Made by a program: the position numbers and the translations under genes. Positions 1 to 22,593 of a stretch of 64,000 nt of DNA are shown here, piece after piece (the first letter of the stretch is position 1; every line of letters begins with the position of its first letter). Location of the stretch: assembly GCF_009914755.1 (NCBI RefSeq), contig NC_060945.1. One strand, 5' to 3'. The notes beneath the pieces were generated by a model. It was not told the origin of the DNA, made no database searches, and was given only the letters and a program-made list of their open reading frames with translations. The stretch comes from the human T2T-CHM13v2.0 reference genome, Homo sapiens.

Positions 1-340
1 TGTGCACGCAGGCAGCTTACCCTAACGGAAAAATCAAGGGAAAGCCGGTGAAAGACACTGGAAGTGGGCCACCGTATAAAATCTTAGGTTCAAGGTCAAA
101 CAGGGCACTTGACCTCCAAGATGCCTGCTTGGACCTCTTCCAAGTGTCCTTTCTTTTTTTTTCATTCCTGCTCTAAAGCTTTTTGATAAACTTCCTCTCC
201 TGCTCTAAAACTTGCGTTGGTGTCCTTTTTCTGCCTTATGCCCCTCAGTCAAATCTTTGTTCTGAGAAGACAAGAATTGAGGTTGCTGCAGACTCATACG
301 TATTCGCCACTGGTAACCCGGATAACTTCCACCGCTAATA
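1..340 (+). mobile_element. 3' part of an ERV1-class LTR (MER50-like), cut by the window edge
   Basis: TATA-like gtataaaa near 74-81 and a terminal 'gaattgaggttgctgcagac...attcgccactggtaac' motif resembling MER50-type LTR ends. Confidence 0.6.
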
Positions 341-1421
341 CTATGTCCAGGGCATTTGTGAAAACCAACAAACAAAAAACAAAACAAAACAAAAACAGCA
401 GCAGTTATTTAACACCTAGCCGACTGAGCTGGCAATACTAGTTAGGGCAAATAAGAGACTGGCCAGAAAACATCAAAGGAAAATTTTGAGTGGAGTTTTT
501 ATTTCTGGAAATGGTATAATCAGTTATTTCAGAGTAATACTCTGAAAAACAACAAAGACACAGGTGTACAAAATAAAGTGCATTTATCAATTTGAAGGCA
601 TTAGAAAACTACCTAATTGGAGAATGAGATGTCCATATGGGGCTTATCAAAACCTCTGATATATACCGGGGGATCTACAAGACCATACACGTGGGTATGT
701 CTGTGGCCCGACCAGGACAGACCTAAGCCCTTACTCTCTCACAGAAAGGAACACAAGCAGAGTGTGGTGGCCTTGTTAGCTTGAGAAGACAGAGATTAGA
801 GCACAGAAGCTGAAGGGCTGGAGATTGTGCTGAAGAAAACTCGAGAGGAGGGAGCCATTATCATGTGTTCAGGAGTTAGAGATGTGGATATGGAGTTTTT
901 TCTCTGGCTTCTTCCCTTTCAGGTTTTTTTTTTTTTTTTTTCCTACTTCAGTGGTATTTTTCTCGAACCAGTTTTCTGGTTCCTCAGGTAGAAACACAGT
1001 GGGATTTTTCACAATTACTTCCCACATTGCTGGGTGGCCTCAAAGACTAATTAACCCTAGGCTAAAAAGTCATGAAAAAATAGAGGTGCTTAATGTTTAC
1101 CACTCCACTGCCCTGCCTGGAGGGTGTATCCTCATCTGAGCCTGTCTGCTTTCATTCCTTCTTCAGTGCCTTTTGGTATTATGTCTAAATTTTAAAGTTG
1201 CTTCCTGATAAGTGAGTGAGTGCTCTGATAGGATCTTCCTCCATCATTAGTAGAATCTTTCTGACTGGTTAATCTCTAGAGTTGCGAAAAAAGTTGATAC
1301 TGATAAATACCTGTTAGAAACTTAATTTCTAAACATGTAACATCTGTTCTACAAATATTTACTTTAAATCTAAAGGCGATAATAAGTTTGATGTAAATAT
1401 GAACCAATAGAATGTAAGATA

Positions 1422-1560
1422 GACTGGGTGCAGTGGTCTGTGCCTATAATCCCAAAACTTTGGAAGGCCAAGGTGGGAGAATCACTTGAGGCCAACGGTT
1501 CAAGACCAGCCTGGACAACATAGTGAGAACTAGTCTCTCAAAAACAACAATAAAAAAATT
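1422..1560 (+). mobile_element. Free left Alu monomer (FLAM_C-like)
   Basis: Single Alu arm with A-rich tail; TSD gaatgtaaga(t/c)a at 1410-1421 and 1561-1572. Confidence 0.85.
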
Positions 1561-2149
1561 GAATGTAAGACATATCAAATATGCTCCCATCTCTAGTTGG
1601 CATGTAATGCCTAGCCTGCCATTCCCTGGACAAGAACAACATTATAGTCTCTGCCTCTTTCTGGAGTACACTGATCTTGCTGGAAATAGTTAAGTGAAGT
1701 TACTGTGACCGCCTAACACAGGATGGGATAGAGAATTCTTGCGAACAAAGGGTCAGCTGGGAATAAACAACAACCTAAGGAAACAGAATGACCAAATAAT
1801 AGCATAAGGTAGGACATCCCATCCCTATCAGCTGTCATAGCTTGTTTGCTTAATTGATTGATTACTTAGCTTGTTGAATGAAAATAAATATATTTTATAA
1901 CAAAAGATTGTGTTCTTGGACATCTCATTTAATTGACATCCTCAACCAAGTCTTAATTGTAGCCCGAGGTAGAATCTAACTTAAAAATGTATGCTTACAT
2001 TTAATAACTGGCTGTTGCCTCAAATACAACAGTATTGCAACATATGTACTCTAGCCATCCAGTATTTTAGTTCCCTTATTTTTTTAACATCCAAAATTAG
2101 ATATTACTATTATTAACTTATACAAGCAACTTGTTTTATATTTATATAT

Positions 2150-2466
2150 GTATTTTATTTTACCTGAGACAGGGTCCCACTCTGTCACTCAGGCTGGAGT
2201 GAACTGGTATGTTCACTGGTATGTTCACGGCTCACTGCAGCCTTGACTTCCTTTGGCTCAGGTGACCCTCCCACCTCAGCCTCCGTAGTAGCTGGGACTA
2301 TAGGCACACGCCACCATGCCTGGCTAATTTTTAAAGTGTTTTTTTGTAAAGATTGGATTTTTCCATGTTGCCCAGGCTGGTCTGAAAACTCCTGGGCTGA
2401 AGTGATCTCCCTGCCTTGGCCTCCCAAAGTGCTGGGATTACAGGTGTGAGTCACAGTGCCTGGCCC
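2150..2466 (-). mobile_element. AluJ-type element
   Basis: Diverged Alu dimer in reverse complement; internal 12-bp tandem duplication actggtatgttc at 2203-2226. Confidence 0.9.
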
Positions 2467-2479
2467 ATTTATTATTTTA

Positions 2480-2960
2480 TTTGTTCAGTATTTCTTATGT
2501 CCCAGCTGTCTTCCTGTACTAAATTTTCTTTTCTGATGTACCTCTGAAGTTCATTTAGTTGAGATGATAAACTTTCAAAGGTTTGGTTTCTGAAAATGCC
2601 TTTACTTCACTCTTGTTCTAGAAATAGAGTTTGGCTATATACACAATTCTTGGGATATGTATTTTCTCTCAACACTTTAAGAGCTTTCCACTCTCCTCTT
2701 GCTTCCTTTGTTACTCTTGACATTCCTTTTTTTTTTTTTTTGAGTCAGGGTGTCGCCAATGGTGTGATCTTGGCTCACTGCAACCTCTGCTTCTGGGGTT
2801 CAAGTGATTCTCCTGCCTCAGCCTCGCAAGTAGCTGGGACAATAGTAGGTTCACCACCACACTCGGCTAAATTCTGTCATCTGTCAATCATCAATCCATC
2901 ATTAATTACCTATTATGCCTTTATAGATGGTCTGTCTTTTGTAATGATTTTAAGATCCTC
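2480..2960 (-). mobile_element. Ancient L1M fragment, interrupted by a partial Alu
   Basis: Degenerate L1-like text such as 'ttctctcaacactttaagagctttccactctcctcttgcttcc'; boundaries approximate. Confidence 0.45.
2727..2870 (-). mobile_element. 5'-truncated Alu (right arm plus tail)
   Basis: Poly-T followed by 'gatcttggctcactgcaacctctgc...cctgcctcagcctc...gctaa'. Confidence 0.85.
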
Positions 2961-2964
2961 TTTA

Positions 2965-3981
<1,017 letters not shown>

Positions 3982-4108
3982 TATTTCTTCAATGTTTCCA
4001 TTTTCACCAAAATGTTTCTAGATATATGTTTCTTTGTATTTGTCCTGTTTGGATATGTTTACAGATACCTTTTCTCCATGTAATTATTGACGGACTGTTT
4101 TATACAAT

Positions 4109-9883
<5,775 letters not shown>

Positions 9884-9891
9884 TTTTTTTT

Positions 9892-9957
9892 ATGGCTTAA
9901 CATATTTTTAATACGTTTAGGTGAAAATAGTGTTTCGTTTCTATGAGGCTGCATCTG
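9892..9957 (-). other. Candidate L1 3'-transduced flanking sequence (66 bp)
   Basis: Non-L1 sequence between the L1's own A-rich tail (9958 onward) and a second poly(A) (9883-9891), inside the TSD; ATTAAA at 9912-9907. Confidence 0.8.
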
Positions 9958-10198
9958 TTTTTTGTTTTTGTTTTTGTTTTTAATTTTATTATTATTATAC
10001 TTTAAGTTTTAGGGTACATGTGTACAATGTGCAGGTTAGTTACATATGTATACATGTGCCATGCTGGTGTGCTGCACCCATTAACTCATCATTTAGCATT
10101 AGGTATATCTCCTAATGCTATCCCTCCCCCGTCCCCCCACCCCACAACAGTCCCCAGAGTGTGATGTTCCCCTTCCTGTGTCCATGTGTTCTCATTGT

Positions 10199-14023
<3,825 letters not shown>

Positions 14024-14086
14024 TATGATATTAGCTGGTTATTTTGCCAGTTGGTTGATGCAGTTTCTTCCTAGCCTCGATGGTCT

Positions 14087-15101
14087 TTACAATTTGACAT
14101 GATTTTGCAGTGGCTGGTACCGGTTTTTCCTTTCCATGTTTAGTGCTTCCTTCAGGAGCTCTTGTAGGGCAGGCCTGGTGGTGACAAAATCTGTCAGCAT
14201 TTGCTTGTCTGTAAAGGATTTTATTTCTCCTTCACTTATGAAGCTTAGTTTGGCTGGATATGAAATTCTGGGTTGAAAATTCTTTTCTTTAAGAATGTTG
14301 AATATTGGCCCCCACTCTCTTCTGGCTTGTAGAGTTTCTGCCGAGAGATCCACTGTTAGTCTGATGGGCTTCCCTTTATGGGTAACCCAACCTTTCTCTC
14401 TGGCTGCCCTTAACATTTTTTCCTTCATTTCAACTTTGGTGAATCTGACAATTATGTGTCTTGGAGTTGCTCTTCTCGAGGAGTATCTTTGTGGCGTTCT
14501 CTGTATTTCCTGAATCTGAATGTTGGCCTGCCTTGCTAGATTGGGGAAGTTCTCCTGGATAATATCCTGCAGAGTGTTTTCCAACTTGGTTCCATTCTCC
14601 CCGTCACTTTCATGTACACCAGTCAGACGTAGATTTGGTCTTTTCACATAGTCCCATATTTCTTGGAGGCTTTGTTCATTTCTTTTTATTCTTTTTTCTC
14701 TAAACTTCCCTTCTCGCTTCATTTCATTCATTTCATCTTCCATCACTGATACACTTTCTTCCAGTTGATTGCATCGGCTCCTGAGGCTTCTGCATTCTTC
14801 ACGTAGTTCTTGAGCCTTGGCTTTCAGCTCCATCAGCTCCTTTAAGCACTTCTCTGTATTGGTTATTCTAGTTATACATTCGTCTTAATTTTTTTCAGTT
14901 TTCAACTTCTTTGCCTTTGGTTTGAATTTCCTCCTGTAGCTTGGAGTAGTTTGATCATCTGAAGCCTTCTTCTCTCAACTCATCGAAGTCATTCTCCGTC
15001 CAGCTTTGTTCCGTTGCTGGTGAGGAGCTGCGTTCCTTTGGAGGAGGAGAGGCACTCTGCTTTTTAGAGTTTCCAGTTTTTCTGTTCTGTTTTTTCCCCA
15101 T
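14087..15101 (-). pseudogene. L1 ORF1 (RNA-binding protein), frameshifted
   Basis: ATG GGG AAA AAA CAG at 15101; 1015 nt versus canonical 1017, shift near 14890; C-terminal 248 aa open. Confidence 0.92.
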
Positions 15102-16138
15102 CTTGGTGGTTTTATCTACTTTTGGTCTTTGATGATGGTGATGTACAGATGGGTTTTTGGTGTGGATGTCCTTTCTGTTTGTTAGTTTTCCTTCTAACAG
15201 ACAGGACCCTCAGTTGCAGGTCTGTTGGAGTTTGCTAGAGGTCCACTCCAGACCCTGTTTGCCTGGGTACCAGCAGTGGTGGCTGCAGAACAGTGGATTT
15301 TCGTGAACCGCGAATGCTGCTGTCTGATCATTCCTCTGGAAGTTTTGTCTCAGAGGAGTACCCGGCAGTGTGAGACGTCAGTCTGCCCCTACTGGGGGGT
15401 GCCTCCCAGTTAGGCTGCTCAGGGGTCTGGGGTCAGGGACCCACTTGAGGAGGCAGTCTGCCCGTTCTCAGATCTCCAGCTGCATGCTGGGAGAACCACT
15501 GCTCTCTTCAAAGCTGTCAGACAGGGACATTTAAGTCTGCAGAGGTTACTGCTGTCTTTTTGTTTGTCTGTGCCCTGCCCCCAGAGGTGGTGCCTACTGA
15601 GGCAGGCAGGCCTCCTTGAGCTGTGGTGGGCTCCACCCAGTTCGAGCTTCCTGGCTGCTTTGTTTACCTAAGCAAGCCTGGGCAATGGCAGGCACCCCTC
15701 CCCCAGCCTCGCTGCCACCTTGCAGTTTGATCTCAGACTGCTGTTCTAGCAATCAGCGAGACTCCCTGGGCATAGGACCCTCTGAGCCAGGTGCGGGATA
15801 CAATCTCCTGGTGTGCCATTTTTTAAACCTGTTGGAAAAGCGCAGTATTGGGGTGGGAGTGACCTGATTTTCCAGGTGCCATCTGTCACCTCTTTCTTCG
15901 ACTAGGAAAGGGAACTCCCCGACCCCTTGTGCTTCCCGAGTGAGGCAATGCCTCGCCCTGCTTCAGCTTGCGCATGGTGCACTGCACCCACTGTCCTGAG
16001 CCCACTGTCTGGCACTCCCTAGTGAGATGAACCCCGTACCTCAGATGGAAATGCAGAAATCACCCATCTTCTGCGTCACTCACACTGGGAACTGTAGACC
16101 GGAGCTGTTCCTATTCGGCCATCTTGACTCCAGCCCCC
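15102..16138 (-). promoter_or_regulatory. L1 5'UTR internal sense and antisense promoter, CpG-decayed
   Basis: Intact YY1 site CAAGATGGCC (16126-16117); retains the roughly 129-bp segment at 15231-15359. Confidence 0.8.
15685..15867 (+). pseudogene. L1 antisense ORF0, truncated to 60 aa
   Basis: MAGTPPPASLPPCSLISDCC...GVGVT then TGA (likely CGA>TGA); splice donor CAG|GTGCGG at 15790/15791. Confidence 0.8.
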
Positions 16139-16155
16139 ATAACTTATTTATTTCT

Positions 16156-17210
16156 GCTTTCATTTTGTTATTTACCCAGTAGTCATTCAGGAGCAGGTTG
16201 TTCAGTTTCCATGTAGTTGTGAGGTTTTGAGTGAGTTTCTGAATCCTGAATTCTAATTTGATTGCATTGTGGTCTGAGAGACAGTTTGTTGTGATTTCTG
16301 TTCTTTTACATTTGCTGAAGAGTGTTTTACTTCCAATTATGTGGTCAATTTTAGAATAAGTGCATTGTGGTGCTGAGAAGAATGTATATTCTGTTGATTT
16401 GGGGTGGAGAGTTCTGTAGATGTCTATTAGGTCTGCTTGCTGCAGAGCTGAGTTCAAATCCTGGATATCCTTGTTAACCTTCTGTTTCGTTGGTCTGTCT
16501 AATATTGACAATGAGGTGTTAAAGTGTCCCATTATTATTGTGTGGGACTCTAAGCCTCTTTGTAGGTCTCTAAGGACTTGCTTTATGAATCTGGGTGCTC
16601 CTGCATTTGGTACATATGTATTTAGGATAGTTAACTCTTCTTGTTGAATTGATCCCTTTACCATTACGTAATCGTCTTCTTTGTCTCTTTTGATCTTTGT
16701 GGGTTTAATGTCTGTTTTATCAGAGACTAGGATTGCAAACCTTGCTTTTTTTTTTTCTTTCCATTTGCTTGGTAGATCTTCCTCCATCCCTTTATCTTGG
16801 GCCTATATGAGTCTCTGCACGTGAGATGGGTCTCCTGAATACAACACACTGATGGGTCTTGACTGTTTATCTAATTTGTCAGTCTGTGTCTTTTAATTGG
16901 GGCATTTAGCCCATTTACATTTAAGGTTAATATTGTTATGTGTGAATTTGATCCTGTCATTATGATATTAGCTGGTTATTTTGCCAGTTAGTTGATGCAG
17001 TTTCTTTGTAGCATCGATGCTCTTTACAATTTGGCATGTTTTTGTAGTGGCTGGTACCGGTTGTTATTTTCCATGTGTAGTGCTTCCTTCAGGAGCTCTT
17101 GTAAGGCAGGCCTGGTGGTGACAAAATCTCTCAGCATTTGCTTGTCTGTAAAGGATTTTATTTCTCCTTCACTTATGAAGCTTAGTTTGGCTGGATATGA
17201 AATTCTGGGT
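16156..17210 (-). mobile_element. L1PA6-like element, 5' part (ORF2 endonuclease domain and end of ORF1), 5'-truncated
   Basis: Continues the L1 sequence interrupted at 9883; outer TSD tcattct at 6622-6628 and 17210-17216. Confidence 0.9.
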
Positions 17211-17216
17211 CATTCT

Positions 17217-18090
17217 ATGTAACCAGGAAATTTCCTCTTATTTTACTAAGAACCATGACTTTCTCTGCTTAAGGTGTTACTTGTTTTTTCCCATAAAATA
17301 TGGTATACACTCATAATCTTGAATACGTGCTTTTCCTGTGTGATGAAATTCAAGTACCTTTTAATCAGCTTTGACTTCTAACTTATTTAAATTAGCTTCC
17401 CAGGAAGGGAAACAATAACACTGGAGAAACTTTTTTTTATCTTTGTGGTAAACGGCCTAAAAAACAAAGACTTTGCAGTTTTATCAGATAATTTCCTATG
17501 TTTCATGTTCTCTTTGTTGAGTTTTTTGATTAGTTAAGAAAACTGAGCTTTAAAAAGTTTAAGTCTTTTTTTTTTTAACATCTGTATAACTTTCCGTATT
17601 GCTTTTAAAGTATTTCATTATCACTTTGGGTAAAAAAATGACTATAATTTTACAGATACCTGTTATATTCTCTTGATAGGGTGTGTTTTAAACCTTTTGT
17701 AATCTTTGACAGGGTTTCTATGTATTAAAATAACTAAATTAAGTCTTTCTGCCTTAAAATTACTTTGGAATATTTCAGTTGGGCCCCTAGAGAGGATCAA
17801 TGGACATATCTCTCATCTTGTACAGATATTAAGTGATTAGGTTTATTTAGTAATTGTATAAAGAAAGTCAAATGATAAGTGATGTTAGATCTTTTAATTA
17901 CATTTACAGGTATGTTATTGATATGACGATCATAAAATTATATAATATTCTTAAAAATCTAGTATGTCATTAGTCATAATTCTGGTTATTATATTGAATG
18001 CCACAAAATAACCGAATTTCCTTGTCTACTGCTTCACTTCCATCAGATTTTTAACTATGGCTATTCTAAATCTCTGTCATCCATAGTTTT
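17217..18090 (+). mobile_element. ERV1 MER4-group internal remnant, right part
   Basis: Same sequence character as 4230-6620 and resumes right after the outer L1 TSD. Confidence 0.5.
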
Positions 18091-18254
18091 TACTTCCTTG
18101 AATGTACACATAGTTTATCATGGGACTCTTATTTCCATTGCAATGCCTTTTCCCAAATATTATTTTTTAAAGAAAGTCTTTATTTCTGGTTGTTATTTGG
18201 GTTGACAGTTTCATCCATTTTGTTGTATCTCTATGATTTCCTTTTCATATTATT

Positions 18255-18440
18255 AATACAGCCAGCACAAGGGAAAAGAGACTGTTGGGAAAGCACACTA
18301 GCCTCTTAAATTATTTGGCCCAATGTGACATACACCAATCATTTTCACTCACCTTTCATTAGACAAACACTAGTCACATGGCTACCTCTGGGAGCTAATG
18401 GGGCTAGGGAAATGTACAACCTGGTTGGGCAGCTGCTCTA
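18255..18440 (-). mobile_element. Old MaLR LTR fragment (MLT1K/L-like)
   Basis: 'ttcattagacaaacactagtcacatggctacc...ggggctagggaaatgta' motif. Confidence 0.5.
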
Positions 18441-18562
18441 TAGCCAATCCTTTTATTTTCAGCCATAGAACACATTTGCCCTCTACTCAAGGAAAATAAT
18501 GCAAATTCTCATTCCCTTCTTATATCCAGAAAAACAGTCCAAGCTCTCTGGATGATGTTCAG

Positions 18563-19039
18563 TGTAGTAGGCTGAATAATGGTCACCCAAAGATATGACA
18601 TCCTAATTCCTGGGACCTATAAATGTTACTCCATAAGTAAAAAGCAACTCTACAGATGTGATTAAGGATCTTGACATTGGAGATTAGCCTGGATTAGCTG
18701 AGTGGACTTTAGATGCAATCACAAGTACCCTTAAAAGTGAAAGGCAGAAAGAAATTTGAGACAGAAGAGAAGACAGAAAAGGAGAAGGCCACGTGAAGAT
18801 GGATGCAGAGATTATAGGATTTGGATGCAGCAAAAGTATGCCATTTACCACCCAAACTGGATGAGATAAGGAATGGTCTTCCAGAGCCTCTGGAGGGAAC
18901 ACAGCCTTGCCAACACCTTGATTTCAGCCAAGGAAACTGATGTTGAACTTCTGACTCCAGACTATGAGAGAAAACATTTTTGTTATTTGAAGTCACCAAG
19001 TTTGTGATCATTTGTTACAGAGCCATAGGAAATGAATGA
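18563..19039 (+). mobile_element. MaLR solo LTR (MLT1C/MLT1D-like)
   Basis: 'tgtagtaggctgaataatgg...caacaccttgatttcagcc...tttgttacagagccataggaaa'. Confidence 0.8.
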
Positions 19040-19916
19040 CTGACAGTGACTCTTCATGATCATTTGAGCATGTTTTTGAGTGGTCCTAAGGACAGTTAAG
19101 CAATCAGTAGATCTTCTTTTTCCTTCTTGGAAGGGGAAAAGGACTTTTTAGCAGTGGATACCACATTATCATCTCTGATACTTTTGGTCTGATGAGATAA
19201 AGATTGATATTAGTTCACGGTGAGAAAAGCACTGGAAAACATACAAAGATGGTCTGCCTTTTCAGAATCTGCTTTGGTGTTTCCACAGTCCTCTTTTAAC
19301 ATAGATACACAAGAGACTATGTTTATCAGAATTTCACCCATTACAATCAATTACTGTTTGTGTGTATTCCTTCTGTGTGCCTTACCTGTTATCAGTGGTG
19401 CTTAAGGAATGAGAGACTTGACCTAAAATATTTTCGTGGTGACAAGATTTTTTGATCACCCTATATCTTTTCACCCCACTCCAGCTAATATCATCCTGAT
19501 TTCTATTGGGTTAGTTAACTCTCCCAATTTTTTAGATTAAAACTACAGTGCTCTTGTCTTCTCTAAGCAAGGAATAGGTATATGACCTAAGCTTCAGATA
19601 TTGGGCTTACCTTCCAAGGACTTTGACTTTTAAGCAGAAGAGTGGTAAAGACAGAGAGTGTTTGGATGTCATTACTTTCTGCAGTTATCTTTTGCAGGAT
19701 GATCAAGTTGTGCCTGCTGCCTGGAACTCTAGAACAACTCTTGATCCAGATTTTTCCTGAAGTTCTCTAGACTTTCTGTCAATCGTGTATGCTGCCCAAT
19801 AGCATCAAAATAAATTTTTTTCTAGTTTTTTTCTTTAAAAATTTTACTTAAAAATTTTCCCCCAATCATCAGAACCTATGAATAAAACAAATTTTATACT
19901 TGCTTAGGTTGGACAT

Positions 19917-22593
19917 TGATATGGTTTGGCTCTGTGTCTCCACCTGTATTAGTCCATTTTCATGCTGCTGATAAAGTCACACCTGAGACTGGGCAATTTA
20001 CAAAAGAAAGAGGTTTAATTGGACTCACAGTTCCATGTGGCTGGGGAGGCCTCAGAATCATGGCAGAAGGCAAGGAGGAACAAGTCACGTCTTGCATGGA
20101 TGACAGCAGGCAAAAAAAAAAGAAAGTTTGCTCAGGGAAACTCCCATTTCTAAAACCATCAGATCTCATAAGACGTATTCACTATCAAAAGAACAGCATG
20201 GGAAAGACCTGCCCCCATGATTTAATTACCTCCTACCAGGTCCCTTCCACAACACATGGGAATTCGAGATGAGATTTGGGTGGGGACACAGAGCCAAACC
20301 ATATCGTTCCGCCCCAGCCCCTCCCAAATCTCATGTCCTCACATTTCAAAACCAATCATGCCTTCCCAACAGTTTCCCAAAGTCTTAACTCATTTCAGCA
20401 TTAACTCAAAAGTCCACAGTCCAATGTCTCATCTGAGACAAGGAAAGCCCCTTCCACTTATGAGGTTGTAAAATCAAAAGCAAGTTAGTTACTTCCTAGA
20501 TATTATGAGGGTACAGGCATTGGGTAAATAGAGCCATTCCAATTGGGAGAAAATAGCCAAAACAAAGGGGCTGCAGGCCACATGCAAGTCCAAAATTCAG
20601 CGGGACAGTAAAATCTTAAAGCTCCAAAATCATATCCTTTGACTCCATGTCTCACATCCAGGTCACGCTGATGCAAGAGATGGGCTCCCTTGGACTTGGG
20701 CAGCTCTGCCCCTGTGGCTTTGCAGGGTATGCACCCCTTCCTGGCTGCTTTCATGGGCTGGCATTGAGTGTCTTTGGCTTTACCGGGTGCACAGTGAAAG
20801 CTGGCAGTGGATCTACCATTCTGGGGTCTGGAGGATGGTGGCCCTTTTCTCACAGCTCCACTAAGTGGTGCCTAAATAGGGACTCTGTGTAGGGGTTCTG
20901 ATCCCACATTTCCCTTCTGCACTGCCCTAACAGAAGTTCTCCATGAGGACCCTGCCCCTGCAGCAAACTTCTGCCTGGGCATCCAGGTATTTCCATACAT
21001 CTTTTAAATTCTAGGTGGAGGTTCTCAAACCTCAGTTCTTGACTTCTGTGCACCCATAGTCTCAACACCACATGGAAGCTGCCAAGGCTTGGGGCTTCCA
21101 ATCTCTGATGCCACAGCCCAAGCCGTAACTTGGCCCCTTTTAGTCACAGCTAGAGCTGCTGGGATTCAGGGCACCAAGTCCCTAGACTACACACAACATG
21201 GGGACCCTGGGCCTGGCCTTTCAAACCTTATTTTCCTCCTAGGTCTCTGGGCCTGTGATGGGAAGGGCTGCCATGAAGACTTCTGACATGCCGTGGAGAC
21301 ATTTTCCTTATCATCTTGAGGATTAATATTCAGCTCCTTGTCATATATGCAAATTTCTGCAGACGGCTTGAATTTCTCCTCAGAAAATGAGATTTTCTTT
21401 TCTATCATATTGTCAGGCTGTGAATTTTTCAAACTTTTATGCTCTGCTTCTATTATAAAAATGAATGCCTTTAAAAGCACCCAAGTCACATCTTGAATGC
21501 TTCTGCTTAGACATTTCTTCTGCTAGATACCCTAAATCATCTCTCTCAAGTTCAAAGTTCCACAAATTTCTAGGGCAGGGGCAAAATGCCACCAGTCTCT
21601 GCTAAATCATAACAAGAGTCACTTTTGCTCCAGTTCCCAGTAAGTTCCTCATTTACATCTGAGACCACCTCAGCCTAGATTTCATTGTCCATATGATTAT
21701 CAACGTTTTGGTCAAAGCCATTCAACAAGTCTCTAGGGAGTTCAAAGTTTCCCATGTTTTCCTGTGTACTTCTGAGCCCTCCAAACTGTTCCAACCTCTG
21801 CCTGTTACCCAGGTCCAAAGTTGCTTCCACATTTTTAAGTACCTTTTCAGCAATACCCCACTCTACTGGTACCAATTTACTGTATTAATCCAGTTTCATG
21901 CTGCTGATAAAAACATATCTGAGACTGGGCAATTTACAAAAGAAAGAGGTTTATTAGACTTACAGTTCCACATGGCTGGGGAGGCCTAACAATCATGTTG
22001 GAAGGCAAGGAAGAGCAAGTCACACCTTATGTGGATGGCAGAAGGCAAAAAAAAGAGCTTGTGTAGGGAAACTTCCATTTTTAAAACCATCAGATCTCAT
22101 GAGACTTAGTCACTCTCACGATAACAGCATGGGAAAGACCTGCCTTCATGATTCAATTACCTCACCAGGTTGTTCCCACAACACGTGGGAATTCAAGATG
22201 AGATTTGGGTGGGGACACAGCCAAACCATATCACCACCCAAATCTCATGTTGAATTGTTATCTTCAGTGTTGGACAGGAGGCATGGTGGGAGGCAATTGT
22301 ATCATGGGACTTGATTTCCCTCTTGCTGTTCCTGTGATAGTGAGTGAGTTCTCATGAGATCTGGTTATTTAAAAGTGTGTAGCACTTTCCCTTCTCTCTC
22401 TCTCCTGCCACCATGTGAAGTCGTGCTTGCTTCCCCTTTGCCCTTCCTCCATGCCATGATTGTAAGTTTCCTGAGGCCTCCCCAGCCATGCTTCCTGCAC
22501 AGCCTATGGAACTGAGTAAATTAAACCTCTTTTCTTTATAAATTACCCAGTCTCAGGTAGTTATTTATAGCAATGTGAAAACTGACTAATACA
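19917..22593 (+). mobile_element. MSTA solo LTR split by a THE1 provirus (pieces 19917-19944 and 22234-22593)
   Basis: TG...CA ends; 5-bp TSD gacat at 19912-19916 and 22594-22598; MSTA-type body. Confidence 0.9.
19945..22233 (-). mobile_element. Complete THE1 (THE1A/B-like) MaLR provirus: LTR 19945-20306, internal 20307-21880, LTR 21881-22233
   Basis: Two direct LTRs of about 355 bp around a 1.57-kb internal region; 5-bp TSD ccacc at 19940-19944 and 22234-22238. Confidence 0.95.

Noticed and set aside
16080-16787. 235-aa chimeric ORF joining an L1 endonuclease fragment to 5'UTR sequence
   Set aside because: Chance read-through across the nested insertion junction; it lacks the proper endonuclease N-terminus and has no evident promoter
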